Below are positions 49,201 to 62,181 of a stretch of 64,000 nucleotides of DNA, one piece after another (the stretch's first letter is position 1; every line of letters begins with the position of its first letter). The translations under genes were made by a program, and so were the position numbers. The notes beneath the pieces were generated by a model. The model ran no database searches, was not told the DNA's origin, and worked only from the letters and a program-made list of their open reading frames with translations. Source of the DNA: Rozella allomycis CSF55 (Eukaryota); the NCBI GenBank assembly GCA_000442015.1, contig KE560428.1:1-64000 (forward strand), read 5' to 3'.

Positions 49201-52200
49201 ATAAGATTATTCTTTGTTGTTGGAGCATTTAAATTGAATTTATCGTTTAATGAAGTATTGAATATCTCTAATGGACCAAGATTGATGTAGAATGGATTGA
49301 TTCCAAATTGATTATCCTTGTATTCAAAATCATTCTTAAAATCCAATTGATAATTTTCTGATAATTTATTTAAAGCTTTTTGTTTGAAATCAGAATCATT
49401 TAAACAATCCAAAAAGATCATAGAACCACCATTAACAAACGCATCTTCTTTATCTAATTTATCAACAGTTGAATTAATAAAAGAACACCATGAAATCAAA
49501 TCTCTTAAAGAATAAACAAATTTAGAATAATTTTCCTTCATCCAAAACACAAAATCAATCATTCTCTTGGCAAACTCTTTAACATTACACTTGTTTTCAA
49601 CTATTAACAATAAATCATTATAATCATCAACAGGAGGAACCCAAATTTCAGTAAATCTATTTCTCAAAGCAGGCGACAATTCCTTCTTTCCAAAATCACC
49701 TCCAGGATTCATCGTAGCTATAAACCTAAATTCATCACTCGCTGTTAAAACTTGTCCATTTTCTCTTTCAGGAATTGTCAATATTCTAGCTGATTCTAAA
49801 ACTGAATTTAATCTCTCCAACACTGAATCTTCAGCCAATGATATTTCATCCATTAAAAATATATCACCGTTAACCATTGATGAAACTAATGGACCATCAA
49901 TCCATTCAAACAGTTGTGATTTTGTGTTGTCTCTACATGGACGCTGTGAACCAAGAAAATCTGATGATTCTGTGTGTTGATGGCAATTTAATATCAACAA
50001 ATTTTGTTTAAAATATTCTGCTATCCATTGACAAAGTGATGTCTTTCCTATCCCTGTTGCTCCAATCAATAACACTGGCTCTTTATTCAATAATGCATTA
50101 TAAACCAAAATTAACAATCTTTTCATTGCACTAGTAAATATTAAATTGGAATTTGTATCAATCTCTGGATATGAAATTGACTTTACATCAATAACTGATG
50201 GAGAACCATTAGACACTGACTGTTTAGACTTTTTCTCATTATTCTCCACACTCATTTTACCCTGCTTACTCTCTTTATCACTAATTCGAAGATCATATAA
50301 GTCATCTTCATTAATCTCCACTTTGATAACCTGCTCCAAAACCTTCTTCACAATACCCTTCTCATCAACATCTCTAATCCTCTCCGCCAACAACATATAC
50401 CCAATCTCAGCCAACTCTTGATAAGAATTTGGATTCCTCTCAGCCCACTTGAACAAATCTCTAAGCGTAATAAACCCATGCTTTCCAGAAAATATTTTAG
50501 ATTTCGGTCTCTTATCAATCAACTCTTGATACACCAATACCATCTTTTTGCAATAAGATGGCGCTACAATACACTTTTTAGATAAAATCTCTTCCATTTC
50601 GTCACTGGGAATGTTGTCGAAATGCAATTCTAAGAATCTGTTTCTGAATGCCTTTGATAATGTTTTTCTGCCGCCGTACATGCCTGGTGGATTCTGGGTG
50701 GCAAATAAAATGAAATTGGGATGCGCTTTGATTGTTTCTTGGGTCTCTGGAAGAAATATTTCTCTGTTATCGTCTAACAGTCTATTAAGGGATTCTAAAA
50801 CTTCTGTGGGGGCTAAATTCAATTCATCCAATACTATCCAATACCCATTCTTCACTGCTTCAACTAGAATACCTTGCTTATAAACCAACTTTCCAGTAGA
50901 ATCATTAACATAAGATCCAAAATACTCTTGTATGTCTGTATGTTCATGATTATTTATTCTAACAAACTTGTTTCCTGTTAAATCTGCTAAATACTTTATT
51001 ATACTACTTTTTCCCACTGATGTTGGCCCTTGTATTAAAATTGGATACTTTTTGCACTGAACAGCCCTTGCTAAATTCTTTAAATTATTCTTGACACTTC
51101 TAGTTAAAATAAATGAATTGTTCTCTTCTTGAATCTCATAGTTTCCTTTATCAATTAAATATCCTTCTATTAAACATTTAGATTCATCATCATTCTTTAC
51201 AATATTACATTGACTAATATTTCTCTTTAATAGAATTGTAGAGTTTATTATTTCATTCATTATTTTAAAAGATTCTTCATTCAATTGAGTTGTAAAAGAA
51301 ACACAAATTCCTTCATAAACACATTTTAAAATTGGATAGTTTTTATTAACAGAAATAGCAAATGATAATGCTCTAGTTAAAGTTCTCATACTAAAATGTG
51401 GCTTCTTGTTATCTGTATCATACAAATTAGATGCCTTTTTAACTCTATAATAGAATTCAACAATAGATCCAAGCAACCATTGCTCATAATGTCCAAATTT
51501 ATTCAAATATTTTCCAACTATAATCTCTAAATCTTTCTTATAACAATCAATTTCATCAACAAATATTTCTGTAAACTTGCTTCTCAATGCTGGTGGCAAA
51601 TCCTTCTTGCCAATATCATTAGATGGATTCATACACGCAAACAATCTAAAATTCTCATTCCTTGGAATAGGCTCAACATCTCCCCTTTCTGTTAATGTTA
51701 TTGATCCTTTATTATCTTGCAACAATCCTGACAACACTTGAAGAGTTTCCGAAGATGCTAAATTCACTTCATCCAATAACACCCACTGCCCCTGTCTAAT
51801 CGCTTTCAACAACGCTCCTTCAACAAATCCAAACAACAATGCATTCTTTTTCATTTGAGAACTTTGAATCTGAAACTTTTTACATTTCTCATTCAATTTA
51901 ATCCATTCACTCAACAACTCACTGCCATCACCTGATAACTTTTTTATCGCCATTTCACTTGAATGTCTAATCAGAGTTATAAATCTATCCCATTTCTGTT
52001 TAATAAATGCTTTTCTAACATTATCCAAATACTCTTCATTCTTTGACTTTGAAAACGTTGCAATAAACAAACTATCAAATTCTTCTTTCAAGGGAAGTGC
52101 TAAATGACTAGCTGGAATTGGTTTGTATCCTCCCAACAAATCTGAAGCTTCTGACTGCTGACTCAAATTAATAACACTATCAACGACGCTAACTGCTGAA

Positions 52201-54000
52201 CACTCGTCGTCTTTCCTGTTCCAGTAGATCCAACCAACAAAACAGANCTACCAACAAAACAGACTCATTCATTTTAACACAAGTGCTAATCTTTTCCAAT
52301 ATATTCAATGACAATTTAGTATATGCAAACAATTGTTCATTCATCCCACTCCTCACTACATCCAATACACTCCTTCCAAATTTAACATTATTGCTATTAA
52401 TCTCATATTTTGGCTGATAAACATCCAACCCATACTTTATCGCTTCTTCATTCATTTCCATTATCTCTCCAATCTTAAACATAAATTCTCTTCTATCATC
52501 CATATTCGATATAAATCCTCCAAAACAATCCAAACTCTCTAAAATCATTTCAGTCTCATGAATCCTTCCTTGTCCCAACTCAAACAATCTTCCCGTCCAC
52601 TTCAACACATCATTAAACGTCAACACTCGCTTATTAAACACTCTCTCCTCTCCACAAATAAAATCCTTCACTTTCAATATCACATCCATCAATCCATCCT
52701 CAAAAGGATACTTTGTCTTTATTATCATCGTTGATTCCTCCTCACTCATCCCCTTCACCTGCACGCTAAAACACATCCTTCTTCCAATCAGAGACTCAAA
52801 TATCGTATTCTTCAAACTTCTGGCAGTCACAAACAATCTAAAATTCTCATGCGCCGATATTCTCTCTCCTCTTGATGGTATAAACACTTCGTTAGATCTA
52901 AACAACGATTGCAACATTGATATCGTATCCATATTCACTAGATCAACATCTTCAATCAATAACCACTTTCCACTACTAACAGCAACAGATATCACACCAG
53001 GCTGCCACTTGAACTCGCCCGGAATATCCGTACACACATACGATCCCAACAGCGCCTTTGAATCAGTCTGTTCTCCCATGTGTATTCTAAGTAACGATTG
53101 ACCATTTCTCTTGGCTAAATGTTGCACAAGTGTAGTCTTTCCACTACCTGCTGGCCCTTCCAACAAAATAGCCTTGTTCGCCATCAATCCTTTTTCCATC
53201 TCACTTATTCTACTCTTCACACTCTCAGTCATTAAAATATCACTACTCGTTTCTTCTTTGACACTCTTTTCAAATATTATCCTGGGAATATCCTCTGGAA
53301 CACTGTCGATTTCAACAACTCTCTTCTTGATTCCACAAATCCAATCATGCTCATCCAAACAATACCTCTCTTCAAACTGTTTCTCAACAACACTCCTTTC
53401 TTCCAACGACAATGCATACACAACATCCAATATTCTAAAAGCCACAAACCTCACAAACTCATTTTCACAATTCTTCAACTCGAAAACATTACTCCAATTT
53501 TCACCAATTCTCTTCCTCCTAAAAATACTCAACATCCTATAAAGCCCATACAAATGCACAGCAAAACACTCCACATTCTCATACTCTCCAATCATTCCAA
53601 CCAACACATCCAAATTCTTCTCAAACCACATCCCAACAACCCCTCTAACTCTAACCTCAATCTCGCAAATCTGAGCAAACGCAAACAACACCCTACTCTC
53701 ATCACTCAACTCTTCATAAGCACGCTCACAAACATCAAATATATCGCAAATGATCACATCACGCCCCTTGCTCAATGCCGGAAGCTTCCGTTTTTCTCTC
53801 ACAAACTCATTCTTATCAAAAGTAATAAGATGCTCCACAAGATCAGGCAATATCTCACGAAATATCATCGCCAAAGATATACTCTTCTCGGGACGCAAAA
53901 GCTCGCCAGATATCACACTCACAAATTCTTCATATGTTTTCAAAACCGGTAAAGAGCCGTATCTTTGGTTGAAGATGTATATGCATTTGGAAAGATCCAT
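40230..54000 (-). CDS. MDN1: midasin (Rea1/MDN1) AAA-ATPase, multi-exon with assembly breaks
   Basis: Six AAA modules (GPAGSGKT, GPTSVGKS, GATGIGKT, GNPGVGKT, GPSMSGKT), long linker, D/E-rich region, MIDAS LRLILEPT..GDYKTGKRLNMRKII..DDSLSM. Confidence 0.97.
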
Positions 54001-54125
54001 TGCTTTTTTTCTCTTCGGGACTCAGCCACAGTTATACGCTGATAAATAGAATTGGAAAAGAAACGTAAAGGCAAATTGAAATAAATAGAGAAATCTTTGT
54101 TTTATTTGGTGCTTGACGGCTTGTT

Positions 54126-54509
54126 TTAATTGTCTCTTTGGTCTCGCAGGTTTCTACCATAATTGTTATACTCACCAACTATAGGGCTATCGTTTCCACG
54201 GTCCATGTATCTATCCAAAAGCTTCTCCATGCGTCTAATCTTTACTTTTAAACTTTCGTTTTCATCTTTCAAATCCTCGCATCGGTCCTTGTCCTTGTTG
54301 GAATAAATGTCATCATTCGTTGTTGCAGCTGATTTATTGATAACGACGTGCGTTGGGTACCGGTGCTCGTCATCGGTAAACACTTTTCTGCCGGTTTGGT
54401 AAATACCGGCGCCTAGAACACCAGCAACGGCACCGCTCACTAAACCTGGATTGGGATCGGGTAATGCTGAAATGAGGCAAGTAAAGGCTAAAACCAAGAA
54501 TGTCTTCAT
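54126..54509 (-). CDS. small secreted protein (paralog A; ALPDPNPG family)
   Basis: Signal peptide, LPDPNP, Gly/Ala-rich helix, C-terminal Cys + coiled coil; paralogous to 55911-56228. Confidence 0.8.
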   Translation of the reverse strand: MKTFLVLAFTCLISALPDPNPGLVSGAVAGVLGAGIYQTGRKVFTDDEHRYPTHVVINKSAATTNDDIYSNKDKDRCEDLKDENESLKVKIRRMEKLLDRYMDRGNDSPIVGEYNNYGRNLRDQRDN

Positions 54510-54757
54510 TTTCAAATTAATTTGTTACATAGGGGTTCAATATGCCATATATGAAACTTGAAGGGACCAATCAAAATAGATGACTAAAATAGAAACCGGG
54601 ATGGCGATATATGGTACATGATTTACATCATTTCTTTTAATACCATCAACCAATAGTACTGACATTTTATAGCATTCGTTTAAATAAATATTGCGCGATG
54701 ATGCAAATATTAATAGACATGCAGAGGGGTTGAACATAGATCGAGAAATCAATTCAT

Positions 54758-55562
54758 TTATTCAATATAAATAGCATCCTCCTCTAATTGCTTCAAAAAT
54801 TCTTCATCCCATTCATCATCGTCGTCAATAACAATTTCCCCTGGTCTCTCAATAGATTTTGGGGGCAAATTGGGTGACGCTGGCCTCTTTGACGTTGAAG
54901 ACAAATGGAATGGGTTTTTCAATGGTATTTCATCGTCATTAACAGTAAACTTTGAACCATTACTCTCATCGATACTATGTTTAATACATTCACATTGCTT
55001 ACTTCAGTTTTCTTCTCCATCTATGAACGGGGTGAACGGCCTTTTCACTAACCACACCGCCAAGAACTTGGACATCATCGCTTTTCTTAATGAGAAAAAA
55101 CTCGTTAACTTTTTCGAGGCCTTTTCTGACCCTGATTTTACACCCATACGGCAGTTCACTTGGAAGACTAGATATTCCAGCATGAAATTCCAAAAGAAAA
55201 ACTTCCTCTTTTCCATCTGTTACCCTGATTTTTAATTGACGATTGGACTTTGACTTTTCGTCCCTATTTTCTTTATTCAAGAATGAGGAAAGTTGTGAAT
55301 ACATGCTCTGTGTTACATCAATAGATTCAAGGACTTGACATATTACAAATGATAGATTGTTTTTTTGAATAGGACTAGATATTTCCGTTAAGTCGGAATA
55401 TAAATATTGTTGCGCAATATGGAACATCCAGTTTTCTTCGGGGACTTGTGAATCTAACTCTGATTCAAGAAAACATATGCACTCTTGAAGCCATTGAGGC
55501 TGAACAAAGAAACCTTCTCGTGCCAGAAGAGCGTTGGCTTTCTCAAAATTTGGCTTCACCAT
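54758..55562 (-). CDS. RMI1: RecQ-mediated genome instability protein 1 (short, N-terminal OB-fold form), two exons
   Basis: VQPQWLQECI, QYLYSDL, CQV...DVTQSMY, RQLKIRVTDG...EF, GCKIRV, VQVLGGVV; acidic tail after an intron at ~54975-55001. Confidence 0.82.
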
Positions 55563-55910
55563 TGCATTAAAATTTAAGCCACAATAATGCAAAACGGTCG
55601 CCCCTAATGACGAAAACGAATCCTCAGAAACATTTTTTCTTTCTCAATGTATCAACCGACTGTTTTGATTTTTTAATTTCTCCTCTAGTTATCCGCGCAT
55701 AAAAATTAAATGCATGTTTGGTGTTGTAAAGAGAATTGATAACTATATATTGACTCGTGACTCATGAGGTATTAAGGCAAAATTTTTAGTCCATAAATCC
55801 ATATTGGAAATCTAATTACAAGCAAAATCCCCCGCATTCTATTTTTAACGATTGGTTCATTTGTAAACAGCCTAAATAGCGTTCATCTGACCCCTTTGTC
55901 ACAAATACGT

Positions 55911-56228
55911 ATGAAGACATTATTGGTTTTAGCATTCGCCTGCCTTCTCTCAGCTTTACCAGATCCTAATCCAGGATTAATTGGCAGCTCTATCGGAGTT
56001 GCTGGAGGGATATACGCAGGAAATAAGATATTTGGCAGTAAAGATGATGATATAGTGCCCGTCAAACCCATTACTATTAATGCAAATCAACAATCACGGG
56101 CTACCGAGAAAATGGATATGTGCCCAGATTTGAAATCAGAGAATAGCCTTCTAAAAAAGGAATTGGAGCATTTGGAGAGACTTTTAGATAGATTTTCAGG
56201 TCCCAGAAGTGGTTTTGATAGGCGTTGA
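55911..56228 (+). CDS. small secreted protein (paralog B; ALPDPNPG family)
   Basis: MKTLLVLAFACLLSALPDPNPGLIG...CPDLKSENSLLKKELEHLERLLDRF. Confidence 0.8.
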   Translation: MKTLLVLAFACLLSALPDPNPGLIGSSIGVAGGIYAGNKIFGSKDDDIVPVKPITINANQQSRATEKMDMCPDLKSENSLLKKELEHLERLLDRFSGPRSGFDRR

Positions 56229-56399
56229 AAGCGCAATAAAGACACTAGTGATTTGTTCATGTCTTCTCTTCTTCTTTTATTTCGCTATTCATTAATAATC
56301 AACTAAACAAAATGTTTGAATGAACGATTCGAGAAATTAATTATTGGAGTAAATAAAAATTTATTGAAACAATAAAAAATTAACATTGCCATTTCTTCG

Positions 56400-57642
56400 T
56401 TACAACTCCATGTGCTCGTCCAAGAATTTTCTCACTTGTTGGGGAGTATCCGGTAATACCACTTGGTATTTTATATATAAATTTCCATATTCATATGATT
56501 GGGCATTCCTTGGCATACCTTGATTCTTAATCGTTTGAACAAAGCCTATATTTTGCAAATAAAGCTAAGGGATACCTGGTTGAGTGACTTCTGTTCGTTG
56601 AACAATGCGTTCTTTCCCGTCCAAATGTTTAAAACTCCTTTTAAATCCACGAAGAGCTTCACGTAGAGTGATAGTAAGCGTCATATAAAGATTGTCACCA
56701 TCGCGCTTAAATACAGGGTGGGGAACAGTTTCAATGACAAATTTAAGATCACCTGGAATATAATCTGGATGTTGATCAGCTTCTTCCTCAAAAAGCTTAT
56801 GCTACATCAAAAAATTCGTTACGATTTCATTGCCATTTCTCATTCCTCTGTCTATTGTTATGCTTATGGGTGTCCCCCCTCTAACAACTTTATGCCCTTG
56901 GCACTTGGAACACTTGGATTTGAAGATTTTCCCTTTTCCATTACATGTATCACAATCCGATTGTATTTGTTGAATCATGTTTCCGAACTGAATGATTTGG
57001 ATATGTCTACCGCGTCCTTGACATGATGGACAACTGGTTGAATATCTAGATTATTTTTACTTTCGTATGTCGTTTTCATTTTCAGCACCGGAACCATGGC
57101 ATTTGGGACACACGACCTGCTTGCTTACATCAACTTCCACCACTTTTCCTAGATACAGATCTTCCAAAGAAACAGTAAGTGACATTGATACTGTAGCCCC
57201 TTTTCGCTGTTGCTGATGTCTATTTTTTCGAAATCCGCCGGCGAACCTATACGTCAAATAACAATTTGCCATATACTGTGCGAAAATATCAAATGGGTCA
57301 TGAAATGCAAATTCGTCGTCGCCTTCGTTATTAAGTCCTGCGTCGCCAAATTGATCGTACCTCCTTCGTTTTTCAGTATCCGATAAAACTTCGTATGCTA
57401 AATATACATATAATAAGCATTTTACCATTGCTGATTTCAACAAACTTTGCTTCAGCTTCTTTACTGCCATCGTTTCGATCGGGATGATACTTTAAAGCGA
57501 GTGAATGATACGCCTTTTTGATTTGTCTTTCGGTGGCATCAGGACTCACACCAAGTACTTTGTAATAGTCTTTTGATGTTTTTGTTTCTTTGTAGAAAGT
57601 GTACACCGACGAAAAAATAAGAAACAGCAGGAAAAATCTCAT
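56400..57642 (-). CDS. SCJ1: ER-lumenal class A DnaJ co-chaperone (Scj1-like), multi-exon
   Basis: Signal peptide, J-domain with HPD, CxxCxGxG zinc fingers, C-terminal HMEL* (HDEL-like). Confidence 0.85.
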
Positions 57643-57785
57643 GTATCACACCCTGGACAAAGAGGCTAAACAAAAATAGATACAAGTAACGGACTATCAA
57701 GAATTGTAGTTAATTTAGCCCTGGTTTATTTTGAAAATAAATAATAAATAATATATCATCCTGTAATTCTGTTACGCGTCACAAA

Positions 57786-58409
57786 TTAAGTTGTCTTCGA
57801 TGGGAATAACCCCTCTAACCTGTCATAACACCGACGCAAAATTTTTCTGTCGATGCCCATCATTTCACAAGACGATAGAAATTTACTCCAGTCAACCAAC
57901 TTTTTCTTGAACTCTTTTCTTGGGTTGTTTTCCTCAGAAGAGCTCAATCCGTCTTGAAGGTTAATTTTATGTATGACTAAGCAATTCCGTATTACCAAAT
58001 GAAGCTTTTCAATAACGCTCATCTCAATCAAATTAAACTCCGGAGAATTTATATCAACATTTTGCATTGGGCTAACTTTTACACTTGCCAAAGTATTAAT
58101 TTCCCGAGTGCCTTGCTTATTCTTCTGAGAAATCAAGCGTTTAAACTCTATTCTCACAGCCTCTTTGAGATATAGATTAAATAAAAAATGACATCTTTCC
58201 TGTATATCAAGCAAATAGTCTGTTGTGTAATCTAAATCTGGTAGCAGGCGTGATTTGAGAAAGTATGACTCATTGGCAGGCCAGCGATAGCCTTTCTCCA
58301 CCAAATTTTCGTCACTTGGTTTGTAACACAAAATTACTCTCCGTAAGTCTTTCTTGTTTCGTTCTTGTAGAACTTTAACCAGTTGTCTGTAGTCATCAAT
58401 ATTATCCAT
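57786..58409 (-). CDS. hypothetical protein, possibly Rrn9-like (Pol I upstream activation factor)
   Basis: YRWP near the N-terminus and C-terminal DWSKFL....MG....LRRC..RL..LF resemble fungal Rrn9-like proteins (from recollection, unverified). Confidence 0.4.
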   Translation of the reverse strand: MDNIDDYRQLVKVLQERNKKDLRRVILCYKPSDENLVEKGYRWPANESYFLKSRLLPDLDYTTDYLLDIQERCHFLFNLYLKEAVRIEFKRLISQKNKQGTREINTLASVKVSPMQNVDINSPEFNLIEMSVIEKLHLVIRNCLVIHKINLQDGLSSSEENNPRKEFKKKLVDWSKFLSSCEMMGIDRKILRRCYDRLEGLFPSKTT

Positions 58410-58559
58410 CGGGTATTATTACAAGGGTGCCACATGAGTTGGGACATCAAGCATGTTCTTTTCACGATAAGACAACTTACGATACTTGGTAGGCATTATA
58501 TAAGAGCAAGTGAAGTACTTAACAGTTTAGATTAAGAATATCAATATATAAGCCACAAT

Positions 58560-58895
58560 ATGATGACACCTAATCCAACTTTGATAAGACAAGCACAATC
58601 TGCTAATCGTGCCAATCCACCTACAAGAAGTTCGTCTTTTTCAAGAAAGATCTATAATACCTTCCTTCGCAAAAATTCTGTCTTTTGGACATGTGTAATT
58701 GCAACTGCTTTAGTTACTGAAGTCGCAATCGACATTGGCACCGAGAAATTCTGGCAATATCACAATCAAGGAGTAATTATATATTTTCATGGGTGTTTTA
58801 GAGATTGTTTAAGGATATAGTTGGGCAGATTGAAGCCAGAAGATCCAAAAGATTGGCGGANAACGATTGGCGGACGAGGCAGGAGAATCATCTGA
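58560..58895 (+). CDS. QCR9: cytochrome bc1 complex subunit 9
   Basis: IYNTFLRKNSVF...FWQYHNQG, intron, RLFKDI. Confidence 0.85.
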
Positions 58896-59041
58896 ATAAT
58901 AAAGCTTCAAATTCAATCAATACTTTTATTTCTATTTATTTACATCATAAAACCACTGGCGGAGTGGCCTCAATTGTATACTGAATTTCAATAGAAATTT
59001 GAAACTTGAAAGTCCAGGCTCAGTTTTTATTCATTCATGAG

Positions 59042-59626
59042 TTATTCATTCATAAACCCACACCTTTTGCATTGTTTAATTTCAGTGTTTTTCGAGAATT
59101 CTTCAATAACACGAGCTATTTGAACATCGAGATCTTCACAATTAAATTGAACTTCATGAACAGTATATTTGCACTGCTGGCAGTACCATCTTAAGGTATC
59201 TCATAAAATTTAGGTTGATAATTTTACCTATTTGATCGATATCTCTTGTTTGTTCAATTACAATACCGATTGAACCTGCATATCTAATCGGACAGTGAGG
59301 TACGCATTCTAAGAATCAAATTTAGAATCTTTACTAGGTAAAAGATAAATATTTCCCTCTGGTATCTTAACCTCTCGAAATTCATTCAACAGATCGACGT
59401 ATTTTAGTAACATGTCCCCCTTAAGTTGGAAGAATATTTCCTGAGATTTTTAATCATTGTGATTTACCTCGGTTTGATTTATGTGATAATCTTTACGGGA
59501 GTTTGGACCAAGGACAATCATTATCTGAAAATCACCTTTCTGTATGACGGCATTCTGGACTGGACCTTTAAATTTATCAATATTTTTGGAAACCCAGTCC
59601 AAAATATTTATTGGATATGGAACCAT
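59042..59626 (-). CDS. BNA1: 3-hydroxyanthranilate 3,4-dioxygenase, multi-exon (absent from the ORF track)
   Basis: Manual splicing gives MVPYPINILDW...IMIVLGPNSRKDYHINQTE|EIFFQLKGDM...YLLP..VPHCPIRYAGSIGIVIE...LRWYCQQC...CKRCG*. Confidence 0.9.
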
Positions 59627-59705
59627 TAAACCAAAGACTAAAACATGCTTTTAGAATTTTTCAAACTGATAGATCTTATTACTTGCAAAGCCACGTTTAG
59701 GGTAT

Positions 59706-61223
59706 ATGGTGCTCTTTCTTTTGATTCTTACAATTCTCTCCATTGTCTTGTTTTCGCTCTACAAAAAGTTTTTTATACCTCCCAAAAGCTTGAGAAGCAT
59801 ACCCAGGGCGCCATTTTTTAGTACAACAAGACTTCTCTTGACGGACATTCCAATAACTACAAGAATAAAAGTAGCAGAAAAAATGAAAGAAGCTGCAATG
59901 CTTAAATATCCGAATAGTCCTGAAGATCATGTAGTTTTAATTAATTTTTTCGGGAAATGGTTGTTAGCAATCGAAAATCCAAAACTCTGTAAAATCGTTC
60001 TCTCAAACTCGGAAGTGTTTTATAAATATGCCTATGCGGGATTGCAAGAGGGTACATTGAGTGGAGACTTAATGGGTGCAAATATCTTATCAGAGAGTGG
60101 ACCGAACTGGAAAAGGCATAGGAAAATTTTTAACCCAGTTTTTGTTAAAAATTGGGATACTATGACTTTTGGACTGAAAACCAAACAGTTGTTAAATCAA
60201 TGGGACTCTCTAATTGAAAATAAGAAGAGTATTAACGTGACCGAATGGATGCCTAGAATAACACTTGACATTTTTGGATTAGAAGTATTGGGTATTGATT
60301 TAAATGCCATAAAAGAAAATACTGACATGTACATAAAATATCAAAGAATGATGGAACTATTTAATGACTTTATTCTCTTACATCTTCCATTTGTTTATAA
60401 GCATTTTAACTTTCTTTCTAGGGTGAAAAACGCTAAGGAAGCAATCAATGACTTTAACAAAATTATCTATGACATTATTGAAGACAAAAAATCTAGAAAA
60501 GAGAAAGTAGCGGATGGAGACTTACTTGATCGTTTTATAATGGCGTCTGAGAGCGAAGTTGGGGGACTCTCAATAAAAGAACTACGGGACAGTGTTCTCA
60601 TTACTCTAATAGCTGGGCACGACACTACATCAACTAGTTTGATATGTACATTGTATAATCTTGCTAAATACCCTGATGTGCAAGACAAAGCTCGAAGAGA
60701 AATCGAACTAGTAATGAAATCAAATGACAAGAGAGCTATTCCAAGCTATGATGAACAAAAGGAATTCTATTATTTGAGTGCCATTTTAAAAGAAACTATG
60801 CGATTGTACCCGTCATTGTCTTCTTTGCCACTTAGAATAGCGACCAAGGACTTTAAATTAGGAAATATTGATCTTCCAAAAGGAACTCTGGTGACCATAT
60901 CTGTGATGGCTATGCATCACAATAAATCTCATTATGAGAATCCGGACCAGTTTATTCCGGAGAGATTTTACGATGAAGAACAAAATAAATTGAAATGTCC
61001 AATGGAGAATCTAAACGATTACAAATGGCTTCCATTCTCTGGTGGTGGTAGATCTTGTATCGGGATGCAATTTGCAATTATTGAACAAAGAATATTAACG
61101 GCGATGATATTAAGAAATTATAGAATTGAACTCAGTGATGAATTAAAGCAAAGCGAAATACCTTTTGCAAAGAATCCCATACTTCATCCACTTGACGTCA
61201 ATTTAAGGTTTATTAAAATTTGA
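59706..61223 (+). CDS. cytochrome P450, intronless
   Basis: N-terminal TM anchor, WKRHRK, AGHDTT, ETMR, PERF, FSGGGRSCIG. Confidence 0.96.
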   Translation: MVLFLLILTILSIVLFSLYKKFFIPPKSLRSIPRAPFFSTTRLLLTDIPITTRIKVAEKMKEAAMLKYPNSPEDHVVLINFFGKWLLAIENPKLCKIVLSNSEVFYKYAYAGLQEGTLSGDLMGANILSESGPNWKRHRKIFNPVFVKNWDTMTFGLKTKQLLNQWDSLIENKKSINVTEWMPRITLDIFGLEVLGIDLNAIKENTDMYIKYQRMMELFNDFILLHLPFVYKHFNFLSRVKNAKEAINDFNKIIYDIIEDKKSRKEKVADGDLLDRFIMASESEVGGLSIKELRDSVLITLIAGHDTTSTSLICTLYNLAKYPDVQDKARREIELVMKSNDKRAIPSYDEQKEFYYLSAILKETMRLYPSLSSLPLRIATKDFKLGNIDLPKGTLVTISVMAMHHNKSHYENPDQFIPERFYDEEQNKLKCPMENLNDYKWLPFSGGGRSCIGMQFAIIEQRILTAMILRNYRIELSDELKQSEIPFAKNPILHPLDVNLRFIKI

Positions 61224-61241
61224 ATAAAGCTCTTATTTATG

Positions 61242-62181
61242 TTACAAGTTGTATTTTTCTGCTATCATCGCCGCAAATTTTTCGATGATATTTTTATCGT
61301 TTTCATCGTATATGATATCACCTAAACTTTTAGGCCTGCTTTCGTCTCTCGCATCGTCGTCTTCTCTGAATGCGAACCATTTGGAAAACCGTTTTTGAGT
61401 ACTATTAACGTACTGGACAAGGTCTTGCGATGTTAAATAACTTTGCTCATTTACACCAGCCAACTCGTTATATTCCGTTCGATACAGACTAAAATATTAA
61501 AAGAAATGTCTTTACATTGATTCGACAAAGATACCAAACGCCAGAGTAACAGAAGCAATTATTCCAAAACGTTTTGTTATAGATGCTGTTCTTATAATCT
61601 CTATCATTGATAGATGTTCACCTTCTCTTTCTTCTTCGCCTGCGAATGCTTCATGATACGTTGCTGTAGCCAATATTGTTCTCTCAAATTCTTCATATGA
61701 CGGCGGTTTATAGTTTTTCATTCGTTCAGCAAAAGGGGTGCTATTTTCAATTTCATCTTCTTCCTAAAATACAAGAAAGGAGACTAGTTACTCTCCTCAT
61801 CGATCCTTGGCTAAAGATTTTGGAATCATATGCCTTTCTCCTTTCTTTGTTTATAAGATCATCATAAGCTTGTTTTATTTTAATAAACCGATCGTGACTT
61901 TCTTCCTTACTAAGGTTTCCATTGAGTGCCGCCAAATCAGGATGATACTTTTTAACCAATTTTTGATACCGAGTTTTTATTTCATCTACAGATGCGAATT
62001 TTTCAACTCCTAGAAGATCATAATGATCAATATTCGGATCATTAAAGTTTGGCTCCTGGTCACCATTTTCATCGTATCTATTATCTGTGCGTGACTGCGA
62101 TTCATAATATCTCATAGAAGAGTATCCCCAATATCTTTTCATGATGGATGGTTTCACCATACGAGACAATTGTAATAGCAT
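61242..62181 (-). CDS. J-domain protein with mitochondrial-like presequence and TM segment, multi-exon
   Basis: HYDLLGV...LVKKYHPD...FIKIKQAYDDL...RRKAYD; later hydrophobic segment FGIIASVTLAFGIFV. Confidence 0.75.

Noticed and set aside
41800-53960. Many + strand and alternate-frame ORFs over midasin (Ile/Phe/Ser- or Met-rich)
   Set aside because: Shadow ORFs caused by biased codon usage and D/E/N-rich coding on the opposite strand or frame
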